Part shown: positions 46,052-56,459 of the stretch, piece after piece
Layout: every line of letters begins with the position of its first letter
Numbering within the stretch: position 1 is the stretch's first letter
Assembly: GCA_041650715.1 (NCBI GenBank)
Contig: JBAZKQ010000001.1
Location: 587,146-651,145 of the forward strand
Reading direction: 5' to 3'
From: Patescibacteria group bacterium
GTDB taxonomy: Bacteria > Patescibacteriota > Patescibacteriia > Patescibacteriales > UBA12465
Length of the DNA: 64,000 nucleotides
Made by a program: the position numbers and the translations under genes
The notes under the pieces: model-generated
Database searches by the model: none
Told to the model about the DNA's origin: nothing
What the model saw: only the letters and a program-made list of their open reading frames with translations

Positions 46052-49000
46052 CTACCGATTAACGATAACTCCCGTTTGCGCTTGGTCATGCGCTCGCGTC
46101 GGCCAATTCTGCCAATCGTAGCGTTTGCCGATTAAACGATAAGAAATTTCCACCGCTTCGTTTGAGCGGAAAATTAATTTATTATTTTCAATAACATAAT
46201 AGACATTAGCGAATTTACCCGACGGGGTAATAAATACTTGGACATTATCATTATTATAATCAACAACTTTATGCCAGAGCCAGAGGTCGCTGCCCTCGTC
46301 TTCAAGCGCAAAATTTATAATATATTCATATTCCCGCGTCTTGGCATTAAAACGCTGAATATCTGCCTTCCCGACATATTCCTCCTTAACGCCACCGGCG
46401 ATTGAAGGCGCGAAAGTAGAATAATTAACATCATTAATATTATACAAAGGATCGATTGTCGTAGCGGTAATCTTAGTGACGGTCAAATTATTCAAGTTAG
46501 TAATATTTTTGGCACCAAAATTTACGTCACCCAGCATTGTGCCGCCGGTAAGCGGTAAATAATTACCGGTGGGCATTGAGCTGGTCGCAGCCGCAATTAA
46601 TGTTTTCACAATTCCATAATTAGCAAGAGCATAGTCATCAGTACTCAAATATGTGCTCGCATAATTATGCCCGGTATTTAATGAGCCGGCCGGAGCGGTG
46701 CCCGCGTTGCCGATAGAGAAAATATCGTTAGGAGCGGTCGTACCGATACCAACTTTACCCGTGCCTCCCGGCATTAAAGCGAGGTTAACACCCGAAGCGG
46801 TAGTAATAGAGTTGGGACCGGTTCCGGAGAAGGCTAAATCAGCACCGGCACCAGAGAGAGTAATGCCGGTTGTCCCGGCTAAGGCTAAATTGGCGGCGCC
46901 ATAAATATCACCACCGGCAATATTCAAACGATAGGCACCCGGCAGAGATGTCCCAATACCGACGTTCCCGGTAGCGTTAACAAAAACACCTTCATTACCG
47001 CCGTCTCCCGATAACCAATAATTACCAAGTAAAATATTTTGTGTGGCCGTATGGTCGCCTAAATTATCGCCACCAGTTGCCGTACCGCAATCTGTCGTTT
47101 TAGCGGAAACGTTTCCGGTCGCATCGACATATAAACAGCGATTGCCCACCCCGGATAAAGCGGTGGTAATTTGACCATTTAAATAACTGGTCCCGACGAC
47201 AGCCAATTTATAAGCCGGTGTCGTTGTACCGATGCCGACGTTGCCCAAACTTTCACTAACATAAAATAATGAAGACCCGCTTCGATTATTAATATGGAAA
47301 CCAACGTTTGTGGAATCATAACCGACGCTCATTCGTTCCAGACCGGATGAATTCAAAAATTTCAGCATTTTGTCATTGGACGTCGCGGAGTTAGATTGAA
47401 TAGCTATTTGTCCACCGGTAACCGTTAATTTGCTGCCGGGTGTTGTCGTCCCAATCCCGACATTCCCTGCTCCGGCCGCACCGTTCCAAATATTACTGTT
47501 TAAAGTTCCACCCCAAAAATTTGTTCCTCCGGCGGGCAGCGAGCTCGTTGCGGCCGCAATCAAGGTTTGAACGATGCCATAGTTAGCAAGCGCATATACA
47601 TCAGAACTTAAATAAGTGCTCGTATAATTATGGCCAGTTGCGCTGGACCCAGCCGGAGCCGAACCGGAGTTGCCGATAGAGAAAATATCGTTAGGAGCGG
47701 TGGTACCAATACCAACGTTGCCGGAAGTTCCTAATATAGTCATTCTTATATTTGCATAACCATCCGTAGAAAAATATATTGGCTTGGCAGCAACATCATT
47801 TGAAAAATATAAATCAGTAGCATTTAATCCGTATCCGAACCAACCTAATCTTATTCCAGAATTATTAAAAAATTCAGCATAAGGCGTTGCAGCTTTTAGT
47901 CCCAGCGTATGACCAACCCCTTGAATCATTGTAACAACACTGTTAGCGGAGCTGTAAACATGTAATGGATAAGCGGGGCTAGTGGTGCCAATTCCAACAC
48001 TCCCGGCAGCATTTACAAAAACACCTTCATTGCCGCCATCGCCTGATAACCAATAATTACTTAATTGAATATTTTGCGTTGCAATATGAGAACCTAAATC
48101 ATCGCCCCCGGTCGCCGTACCGCAATCCGTTGTTTTCGCGGACATATTGCCACTCGCATCAACATATAAACAGCGGTTGCCTACTCCGGATAAAGCGGTG
48201 GTAATTTGACCATTTAAATAACTGGTCCCGACGACAGCCAATTTATAAGCCGGTGTCGTTGTGCCGATACCGACGTTACCGAAAGAATTAATAAACTGGC
48301 GGGTAACGCCATTGCTTACAAAACTAAGTGTTTTATTTGTACCATCAAATAATACTTGTGCTTCTGTACCGCCTAAAGTACTTGACAAAGTGTTAACCTC
48401 AAGCGTTGTTCCATAATAAACCGAACCGCTTTCTGTTCTAAATTGGGCCGCTCTAATATTTCCGGCCACCTGTAACTTATCTATCGGAGCAGTTGTCCCG
48501 ATTCCCACATTTCCCGCTCCGGCATCGCCATTCCAAATATTTACATTCTTAGTACCTCCCCAAAAATTTGTTCCTCCGGCGGGCAGCGAGCTCGTTGCGG
48601 CTGCGATTAAAGTATTAACGATTCCATAATTTGCCAGAGCGTAATTATCCGTACTTAAATATGTATTTGTAAAATTATGTCCGGTATTTGCCGACCCGGC
48701 CGGAGCCGAACCGGAGTTGCCAATGGAAAATCTATCGTTAGGAACGGTCGTCCCGATCCCAACATTGCCGGAAGCAATAATGCGCATAGCCTCTGTTCCC
48801 TGATTTACAAAAAATGCATGCTGGCCATTAACACCCGCTTGATATTCCATTACATTAAGCGACATGCCGATACCATATCGATTGCCGGTAGAACCATTGG
48901 TAAACATGTCCCACTTTAAGTTATTTACACTTCCCGCGACACTCGAACCATAAGTACCGCCGAAGGAAACGTTTAATGGCGTCGGAGTTGATACCGATAC

Positions 49001-49843
49001 CGTAGTACCAAATAAGGCGCTACCATTAACGTTCAATAATCTTGTCGGATTCGTTATTCCAATCCCGACATTATCCGTGATTGTACTCGGATATAAATAG
49101 GGTGCTGTTCGTGTCCAACCGCCCGCTCCACCGCTAACTGAAGCCCAATCAGTTCGACAGTCATCCTGAAAACATAAACGATTAGCTTTTAAATCACCCT
49201 CGATTCCGAGTGAAACCACATCGCCGGTGCCATAAGCAAAAGGAGTCGCACCGTTATAATTCCCAAACCAAAGCGAGGTCGTCCCGACTCCGGTTAAGGC
49301 AATCGATTTATTATTAGTTAATTGTAAATCTCCTGTCGGTGCTAAATTACCAAGACTATCAAGCGTTAAAGAAGGAGTGACAACCTGCTTAATAAACCCA
49401 CTGACATTTGATAAATTTGAAATTTTGAGCGGCGCGGAAACGCAAGCACCGGATATTAAATCATAACCGGCGACACAAGAGGTGCAGGAATTGCTCGTAC
49501 AAGTATCGCAAGTGGCACAATTCGATCCGGCCGTACAATTTGAAACGCAAGCGCCGCTACAATTCGTATATCCGCTACTACAAGTTAAAGCACAGCCGCA
49601 AATATTACAGTCAAAAGCATAAGTACCATTGGCCGGATTAGAGGGACATGCGGCCGTCGGCTCGATTGTACAGGCAAGCGTATTACTGCCGCACCAAGAC
49701 TTGCCACCATCCGCCCAGGAGCATAATTCCCCGTTTTTCATCGTATCGGTAATACAACCTTTAGGCGAAGTGGTCGCAAAAACTCCGGTAGCTATGAACA
49801 GCCCGGAGAATACGACAATGGCGAGCAAAAATTTCTTCGTCAT
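46052..49843 (-). CDS. giant secreted tail-fibre-like repeat protein (1263 aa) with Cys-rich N-terminal region
   Basis: Signal peptide. Cys-rich region (~60-140). Three copies of the ~90-aa module NVGIGTTAPNDIFSIGNSGSAPAGS.NTGHNYT.TYLSTDDYALANYGIV.TLIAAATSSLPAGGTNFWGGT.N.NIWNG.AGAGNVGIGTT. Also carries the NGQITTALSGVGNRCLYVDA.GN.SAKTTDCGTATGGD module. Confidence 0.7.
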   Translation of the reverse strand: MTKKFLLAIVVFSGLFIATGVFATTSPKGCITDTMKNGELCSWADGGKSWCGSNTLACTIEPTAACPSNPANGTYAFDCNICGCALTCSSGYTNCSGACVSNCTAGSNCATCDTCTSNSCTSCVAGYDLISGACVSAPLKISNLSNVSGFIKQVVTPSLTLDSLGNLAPTGDLQLTNNKSIALTGVGTTSLWFGNYNGATPFAYGTGDVVSLGIEGDLKANRLCFQDDCRTDWASVSGGAGGWTRTAPYLYPSTITDNVGIGITNPTRLLNVNGSALFGTTVSVSTPTPLNVSFGGTYGSSVAGSVNNLKWDMFTNGSTGNRYGIGMSLNVMEYQAGVNGQHAFFVNQGTEAMRIIASGNVGIGTTVPNDRFSIGNSGSAPAGSANTGHNFTNTYLSTDNYALANYGIVNTLIAAATSSLPAGGTNFWGGTKNVNIWNGDAGAGNVGIGTTAPIDKLQVAGNIRAAQFRTESGSVYYGTTLEVNTLSSTLGGTEAQVLFDGTNKTLSFVSNGVTRQFINSFGNVGIGTTTPAYKLAVVGTSYLNGQITTALSGVGNRCLYVDASGNMSAKTTDCGTATGGDDLGSHIATQNIQLSNYWLSGDGGNEGVFVNAAGSVGIGTTSPAYPLHVYSSANSVVTMIQGVGHTLGLKAATPYAEFFNNSGIRLGWFGYGLNATDLYFSNDVAAKPIYFSTDGYANIRMTILGTSGNVGIGTTAPNDIFSIGNSGSAPAGSSATGHNYTSTYLSSDVYALANYGIVQTLIAAATSSLPAGGTNFWGGTLNSNIWNGAAGAGNVGIGTTTPGSKLTVTGGQIAIQSNSATSNDKMLKFLNSSGLERMSVGYDSTNVGFHINNRSGSSLFYVSESLGNVGIGTTTPAYKLAVVGTSYLNGQITTALSGVGNRCLYVDATGNVSAKTTDCGTATGGDNLGDHTATQNILLGNYWLSGDGGNEGVFVNATGNVGIGTSLPGAYRLNIAGGDIYGAANLALAGTTGITLSGAGADLAFSGTGPNSITTASGVNLALMPGGTGKVGIGTTAPNDIFSIGNAGTAPAGSLNTGHNYASTYLSTDDYALANYGIVKTLIAAATSSMPTGNYLPLTGGTMLGDVNFGAKNITNLNNLTVTKITATTIDPLYNINDVNYSTFAPSIAGGVKEEYVGKADIQRFNAKTREYEYIINFALEDEGSDLWLWHKVVDYNNDNVQVFITPSGKFANVYYVIENNKLIFRSNEAVEISYRLIGKRYDWQNWPTRAHDQAQTGVIVNR

Positions 49844-49861
49844 ATAAAAATTATAGCAAAT

Positions 49862-52800
49862 TTATTTACAGCAAGCGAATTTTCGCGCAACGTTACAGCG
49901 GTTAAGCGAACCGAAACCATCAGCATACCCGGTCGGACGATTCCAGACCGCGCCGAAATCAGTACTAACATTACTTGTCCACCCGATACAGTCATTGGCA
50001 TTAGCCGTATAGGCCGGCGGACCATTATTAATCCAGAGTGTAGAGGTGAGCGGAATACTCGCCCCGCTGCCCTGATTGACCGTATATAAAATTTCTTCAG
50101 AAGTACAAACATGCGTATCGGCAACAGTCGCCGCACATAAAGCATTGGCCGCGCTATAGCTGCCGACGTTGCCGGCATAGGTTAAAGCGGTTGAAGTAGA
50201 ATAGGTCGCTAAACCACCGCCGGTCGAACCCGAGATCAATGACTTCACTACGCCGTAATTAACTAAAGCGTAATCGTCTGTGCTTAAATAAGTATTCGTA
50301 AAGTTATGACCGGTGTTCGTTGAACCGGCTGGAGCGGAGCCCGAGTTGCCGATTGAGAATATATCATTCGGTACGGCGGTACCAATGCCGATATTGCCGG
50401 TGCTTAGTATGGTCATTCGATCAGAAAGTGAGTTAAACAAGGACCCGGAACTGCCGGCATCCGCTGTTTGAAAAGTGATGTTGCCACCGATAGCCGAGCC
50501 GGTTCCCGGACCGCCCGCAATGACTAAATTCGCGCCCGCATTATTTGTGCCGAGACCGCCCGTAGCGAATAAAGAAATCGTGCCCGGGTTCGAAGCATAA
50601 ACTCCCTTCCCTAAATAGATATCATTTTGATTCGCACCTAAGATTATCTGATTACTCTTTAAAGCCTTTGCGTTATACCCGACCACAATTGAATTGGCCG
50701 AATCGGCAATAACGCTTGTAAGCGAAGCATCGGCCGTCGTATCGGAATAGGTGGTCGTTGAATTATCATTAATAGTTGCCACTAAATAATATGGCCCCTT
50801 ACCATAAACGCCTGACTTAGTACGATAAATTTTTCGAGCTGTACAAAGATACGGCCCCGTGTAGGTCGGAATTGCACTCAAATTAACCGCTTGATTACCG
50901 GACGTCGTATTTATGCTTCCTAAGTGCCCGCTATTTGTTTCCCCAATAGACAAAACAAAGCTCACTCGATAATAATATGGGCCGACGCCCAGATTACTCC
51001 CGGCGGCCAAAGCGAGAGAACCGGTGCCGGGGCTAAGATAATCTGCACCGCTCCCCAAGGCAATATTATAAGAACCGTTTACCGTACTGACAAGAGAATT
51101 AGTACCCAGCGCCAAAGTATCGCTATTGGCATTTCCATAATAATTTGAGTTAAAGCCCAAAATAACATTACTATTTCCCGTAGAATTCCAGCGCCCGGCG
51201 TAATAGCCCATCATGACCGCACCGGCGCCGGTCCAAGATTCGCCCGCGCCCAGACCGACTAAAGTATTATTGCTGCCGGTCGTAATTTGGTTACCAGTTT
51301 GACGACCAATTAAAGTATTCATCGTTCCGGTCGTTATGGCTGAACCGGCGCCGCGGCCAATAGCCACGTTATAACTACCAGTCGTTAGATTCTGACCCGC
51401 CTGAGCTCCGATAAAGGTATTTTCGGTAGCGGTTGTCAAAGTTGTGTTACCGGCCTGATAACCGACAAAAATATTATTAGTATTTCCAAAAGAATGAATA
51501 TATCTTTGCCCGCCCATCTTAATTATACCTTCAGTAGAGGAAGATAAAGGTAGGCCAAGATTACCTTGAACATATAATTTATCAGCCGGGGTGCTTGTGC
51601 CAATACCAACATTCCCTGCGCCCGCAGTCCCGTTCCAAATATTTCCGTTAAAAGTGCCTCCCCAGAAATTCGTTCCCCCGGCCGGTAGTGAACTGGTCGC
51701 GGCGGCGATTAAGGTTTGAACAATTCCGTAGTTAGTAAGAGCATAATCATCTGTGCTCAAATATGTGTTTGTATAGTTATGGCCAGTATTACCCGATCCA
51801 GCCGGAGCGGAGCCGGAATTACCGATTGAGAATGTATCGTTAGGAACATTTGTGCCGATACCGATATTGCCCAATGAATCGATAAACTCGCGTGTGGCAC
51901 CGTTTGTTACGAAACTTAGTGTCTTGCCAGGGCCATCAAACAATATTTGTGCTTCTGTACCGCCTAAAGTACTTGACAAAGTGTTAACCTCAAGCGTCGT
52001 TCCATAATAAAACGAACCGCCATCCGTTCTAAATTGGGTTGCCCGTATATTTCCTGCGACTTGTAGTTTGTCACCTGGCGCTGTCGTCCCAATCCCGATG
52101 TTGCCTCCGGCCGCTATTCTCATTCTTTCAACATTTGTAGACTGAGTAAATGTTATTGGCTGGTCACCTGAAGTTGCAAAACCAAGAGGATAAGTAGTTA
52201 TAGTTTGAAATAAAGATCTGGCAGTATCCTTCCCATTAATTCTAAACCCATTTAAATAAGTATAGCCGTCTACATATAAGGCCCACGGTTGAGCGCCCGT
52301 CCAGGCGGTATTTTGTTTAACATAAAGAGCGGAGCCTCCGCCATTATTAGTTCCGCCATCTCCAGCCGTAGCCGAATTTATCGTCAAGGCTGAGCCCGGT
52401 GTCGTCGTCCCAATGCCAACATTCCCCGCCCCAGCGTCGCCGTTCCAAATATTACCGTTTAAAGTCCCACCCCAGAAATTCGTTCCCCCGGCCGGTAGTG
52501 AACTGGTCGCGGCGGCGATTAAAGAATTTACGTAACCAACATTAGTTAAGGCATAATCATCGGTTGCTAAATATGTACTCGTAAAGTTATGGCCAGTGTT
52601 CGAGGAACCAGCCGGAGCGGTACCGGAATTACCAATAGAAAAGATATCGTTTGGCACAGTTGTGCCAATCCCGACGTTGCCATTAGCAAGGATCATCATA
52701 TTATATCTGACAGCTGAGTTATACCAACTACTAAAAGTAAAATTTGAAGCGGAAGAATAAAAAGTGTTTGCGGAAAAAGCGGATGCACCAACGATAAACT

Positions 52801-55800
52801 GTGAGCTACTTTTAACGGCGCCAACCACATCCAAGGGGTACGTAGGAGCGGTCGTTCCAATCCCGACGTTGCCGTTACCAAGAATAGTTAATAAATTAGA
52901 GGTAAAAAAGGAAGCCATTCCCCCATTAGCGGTGCTAGCGGGCGAATATTTAATTTGAAAAGCAGGAGAAGTAGACGCTGTGCTTGGGCTCATGAAAATT
53001 GCCGCCGACGAATAAGTAGTGTTACCTTTCGACCACGTATCAGCCCCCAGCGTGCCCTGATAAGCATTTCCCGCCAAAAAAGTATCAGCACCAGAATATC
53101 GCGTGCCTACCGATGCGCTATAGCCGTCTCCAATACGAATTTGAATACCGGAGGGGTTAGAGCCATCAATTTTTAAGCCTGTTGGTTCTATCGATCCTGT
53201 CGGGCCGGCTATTTCCAATTTATACCCCGGATTAGTTACTCCAATCCCGACATTATTTGCCCCATTTAAAGTCCAAATATTACTGGCCGTTGTTCCTCCC
53301 CATAGAGCCGTAATAGAACCTGTCGCCGTCCCAATCATTGTTTTCACTAAACCATAATTAGCCAAAGCATAATCATCAGTACTTAAGTAAGTGTTTGTAT
53401 AATTATGACCAGTGTTAGAAGATCCAGCCGGCGCGGAACCAGCGTTACCAATAGAAAATTTATCGTTCGGAGTCAGCGTTCCGATGCCGACGTTACCTTG
53501 ACCTGCTCTCGAAAAAATTGATAAATTACCGGCCTGAGTATATTCTTCCGCACTACCATTAAAATAGCGTACACCATCAACTAAAACTTTATAGCCGGTT
53601 CCGCCCTGATAATTAAAAAGGAATAATGGTTTTATGTATTTAGTCCCGACAGGAAATTGGTAAGTACCGGTTCCTTCACCGTGTAAAGTACAGGTATACT
53701 TAGTCCAAGTGTTTGGCACGGCGGCGGCAGAAGCCGCACAATAACCATAAGAGCCGCCATTCCCGGACAACGCACCTTTGGCTGAATTATAGGCAGCTGT
53801 ACCAAAATAAATTGTGCTCAAACCTGATGCGCCGACGCTCTTAAACCAACCCTCAAGATAAAAATAACCATCCGAATCAACTGGAATAAACTCAGTGCCC
53901 ATACCAACCGTTAGGCTCGTATCGCTATAAGCTGAATATTTGCCATCTTTGCTATCCGTCGATTCAATCCCATTAAAACCTGCTCCGGTAAAACCATCTA
54001 AAGACCCCGTTTCAAAATCACCATTCGGGGTTAAATTAATCGCTGCATAATTAGCCACTAAAGAACCGGCAACTTGTAATTTCGCCTGTGGGCTTGAAGT
54101 GCCGATACCAACGTTGCCGTTTCCTGATATTCTCATTTTTTCTGATAGCTGGGTGCCGTGCGCTCTGGTGTTAAATGATAAATAACCCCCATACTCTCCT
54201 GCAGTAGCACTTTCTTTCGCTCCTTTAATTACAGCAAAACCGGCTTGCGAAGTAGAGTTATATCTTCCACCAAAACCTATTGAACCGCCAATATTAATTC
54301 CTAAAGCGTCATTAGTCGCAATATTTAATACACCAGCGTTAACTGAGACGGCGCCAACTATCACATTTGGTCCGGTAATAGACGCTGTAGGAGCCGTTAA
54401 ACTATCTGCCGCCGCATTAACTGTTCCGCTTAATATATCTAATTTTGTATTTGGATTTATTGTCCCAATCCCGACGTTGCCATCTGATTTTAAATACAAA
54501 GCTGGCGTTGTATAATTATTATTTACAACAAAAGCAATTGGGATAGCCCCGTTTGTGGCGAACTCAAATCTATTTGTTCTTTGCGGTTGCGCGACATAGC
54601 CGGTGCCAAAATAATTTATAAAACCTTTTTCTACGTTTAGTTCATCACGGAAGCTCAAGCTATTATAACCAGCTGAAGTTTTTAAACTCATTGCCAAGCT
54701 ACCAGCATTAGCGGAGATATGCAAAGGCAAACTTGGAGTTGTCGTTCCAATCCCAACGTTCCCTGCTCCCGCCGCGCCATTCCAAATGTTACCGTTTAAA
54801 GTTCCACTCCAATAATTTGTAACAGTCGGTAAAGAACTGGTCGCATCAGAAATTAAAGACTTAACAATTCCATAATTAGTCAAAGCGTAATTATCAGTCG
54901 TCAAATATGTGCTTGTAAAGTTATGGCCCGTGTTCGCTGAACCAGCCGGAGCTTGGCCTGAGTTACCGATTGAAAAAATATCATTCGGAGCAGTCGTGCC
55001 AATACCGATATTTCCGGAACTTAAAATAGACATTTTTATACTACTGGCGGATAAAAATGAAAGGGTGGACGGGGAGTTGAAAAATATCGTATCGCCCGAA
55101 GAACCTACGACATTAAAAGGTGTTCCCCCGCTATTTTTTATTTGCAAATTATAATTATTATCCAATAATATATTTCCACCACTAACTTGTAATTTAGCCA
55201 CGGGCCCAGCATTACCAATGCCAACATTACCATCAAAATAGGCGTTCTTATTAGGATACAATCTAAACGTATTATTATTGTAGGCAGCGTTTGTTTCGGC
55301 CCCAAAGTACATATAGCTAACGGTTGAGATTGCAGGATCAAGAACCACGCTTCCTAAAACACCAATCACGCCGGCACGAGTCAAATTGGTCGATACATTG
55401 CCGATATATCCTTCAAACATATTATATGCAATACCTGACACATCGGGTCGTAAAGCAACTTGTTTTATGCCTGGTCTGGACGTCGCACTATTCGCACTAA
55501 GATTTAGCGCATAGCTGCCTCCACTATTAAATACATCAAGAATTGTAGTCGGATTCGTCGTCCCGATCCCCACATTTCCTGCTCCCGCGGCTCCGTTCCA
55601 AATATTACCGTTTAAAGTTCCGCCCCAAAGTGCGGCCAAAGTGCTGGTGGCCGAACCAATTAATGTTTTGACTACACCATAATTAGCTAAAGCATAGTCA
55701 TCTGATGCTAAATATGTGCTCGTGAAATTATGTCCCGTATTACCGGAGCCGGCCGGAGCCGCGCCCGCGTTACCAATGGAAAAAATATCGTTAGGTAAAG

Positions 55801-56452
55801 ATGTACCGATACCGACGTTTAAACCGTTAACAAAAATCATCGAGGCCGCGCCGCCCTGAATAACACTATTGCCCGATAGTGAATCGGCCCCTAATTTCAA
55901 AACCGTACCGACGCAGACGCAATTCTGGTAAGTACCCGGTAGGCTCAAACTCGTCGTACAAGCGACGCCATCATGCTCGGTCGCGCCGGAACAACCGTTA
56001 ACCGCATTGCCATCGCAATCATGATAGCCGACCTTACAATCGCCGCAGGTCGAATTTGCCCATTGTGCCGCCGTACAGCTAGTGACTTTTTGCAAAGTAT
56101 TACAGGTATTATTTTGCAAACAACTATAGGCGCCATTATTATTACAATAAGGAGAAGCACTATCAAAGGCGTAGCAATCAACATAATAGCCGCCTGTCGT
56201 CGTTGCCGTTCCACCGGAAACTAAAGCGCTCGAAGCGGGCGGGTTAAAGGTTGAGGTATCATAACAACTAACGACATTAGAAGGATTAACACCGCAAACT
56301 TTATTGACGCCGACGCAGCTTTGGCTAAAGGCCTCAGTCGGACAGAGCGCCGGATCACTCACATAATAAGGCGTGGCCGCCCAAGACGACCCGGCCATAA
56401 ACAAGCCGAGAATGATAACTGATATTCTGATGTAGAAACTCGTCGTCTTCAT
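49862..56452 (-). CDS. giant secreted tail-fibre-like repeat protein (2196 aa)
   Basis: Signal peptide and Cys-rich N-terminus. At least 8 copies of the ~90-aa module. Beta-helix-like Gly/Asn/Thr repeats. Cys-containing C-terminal domain ending ...FACCK. Confidence 0.7.
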   Translation of the reverse strand: MKTTSFYIRISVIILGLFMAGSSWAATPYYVSDPALCPTEAFSQSCVGVNKVCGVNPSNVVSCYDTSTFNPPASSALVSGGTATTTGGYYVDCYAFDSASPYCNNNGAYSCLQNNTCNTLQKVTSCTAAQWANSTCGDCKVGYHDCDGNAVNGCSGATEHDGVACTTSLSLPGTYQNCVCVGTVLKLGADSLSGNSVIQGGAASMIFVNGLNVGIGTSLPNDIFSIGNAGAAPAGSGNTGHNFTSTYLASDDYALANYGVVKTLIGSATSTLAALWGGTLNGNIWNGAAGAGNVGIGTTNPTTILDVFNSGGSYALNLSANSATSRPGIKQVALRPDVSGIAYNMFEGYIGNVSTNLTRAGVIGVLGSVVLDPAISTVSYMYFGAETNAAYNNNTFRLYPNKNAYFDGNVGIGNAGPVAKLQVSGGNILLDNNYNLQIKNSGGTPFNVVGSSGDTIFFNSPSTLSFLSASSIKMSILSSGNIGIGTTAPNDIFSIGNSGQAPAGSANTGHNFTSTYLTTDNYALTNYGIVKSLISDATSSLPTVTNYWSGTLNGNIWNGAAGAGNVGIGTTTPSLPLHISANAGSLAMSLKTSAGYNSLSFRDELNVEKGFINYFGTGYVAQPQRTNRFEFATNGAIPIAFVVNNNYTTPALYLKSDGNVGIGTINPNTKLDILSGTVNAAADSLTAPTASITGPNVIVGAVSVNAGVLNIATNDALGINIGGSIGFGGRYNSTSQAGFAVIKGAKESATAGEYGGYLSFNTRAHGTQLSEKMRISGNGNVGIGTSSPQAKLQVAGSLVANYAAINLTPNGDFETGSLDGFTGAGFNGIESTDSKDGKYSAYSDTSLTVGMGTEFIPVDSDGYFYLEGWFKSVGASGLSTIYFGTAAYNSAKGALSGNGGSYGYCAASAAAVPNTWTKYTCTLHGEGTGTYQFPVGTKYIKPLFLFNYQGGTGYKVLVDGVRYFNGSAEEYTQAGNLSIFSRAGQGNVGIGTLTPNDKFSIGNAGSAPAGSSNTGHNYTNTYLSTDDYALANYGLVKTMIGTATGSITALWGGTTASNIWTLNGANNVGIGVTNPGYKLEIAGPTGSIEPTGLKIDGSNPSGIQIRIGDGYSASVGTRYSGADTFLAGNAYQGTLGADTWSKGNTTYSSAAIFMSPSTASTSPAFQIKYSPASTANGGMASFFTSNLLTILGNGNVGIGTTAPTYPLDVVGAVKSSSQFIVGASAFSANTFYSSASNFTFSSWYNSAVRYNMMILANGNVGIGTTVPNDIFSIGNSGTAPAGSSNTGHNFTSTYLATDDYALTNVGYVNSLIAAATSSLPAGGTNFWGGTLNGNIWNGDAGAGNVGIGTTTPGSALTINSATAGDGGTNNGGGSALYVKQNTAWTGAQPWALYVDGYTYLNGFRINGKDTARSLFQTITTYPLGFATSGDQPITFTQSTNVERMRIAAGGNIGIGTTAPGDKLQVAGNIRATQFRTDGGSFYYGTTLEVNTLSSTLGGTEAQILFDGPGKTLSFVTNGATREFIDSLGNIGIGTNVPNDTFSIGNSGSAPAGSGNTGHNYTNTYLSTDDYALTNYGIVQTLIAAATSSLPAGGTNFWGGTFNGNIWNGTAGAGNVGIGTSTPADKLYVQGNLGLPLSSSTEGIIKMGGQRYIHSFGNTNNIFVGYQAGNTTLTTATENTFIGAQAGQNLTTGSYNVAIGRGAGSAITTGTMNTLIGRQTGNQITTGSNNTLVGLGAGESWTGAGAVMMGYYAGRWNSTGNSNVILGFNSNYYGNANSDTLALGTNSLVSTVNGSYNIALGSGADYLSPGTGSLALAAGSNLGVGPYYYRVSFVLSIGETNSGHLGSINTTSGNQAVNLSAIPTYTGPYLCTARKIYRTKSGVYGKGPYYLVATINDNSTTTYSDTTADASLTSVIADSANSIVVGYNAKALKSNQIILGANQNDIYLGKGVYASNPGTISLFATGGLGTNNAGANLVIAGGPGTGSAIGGNITFQTADAGSSGSLFNSLSDRMTILSTGNIGIGTAVPNDIFSIGNSGSAPAGSTNTGHNFTNTYLSTDDYALVNYGVVKSLISGSTGGGLATYSTSTALTYAGNVGSYSAANALCAATVADTHVCTSEEILYTVNQGSGASIPLTSTLWINNGPPAYTANANDCIGWTSNVSTDFGAVWNRPTGYADGFGSLNRCNVARKFACCK

Positions 56453-56459
56453 AAATTAA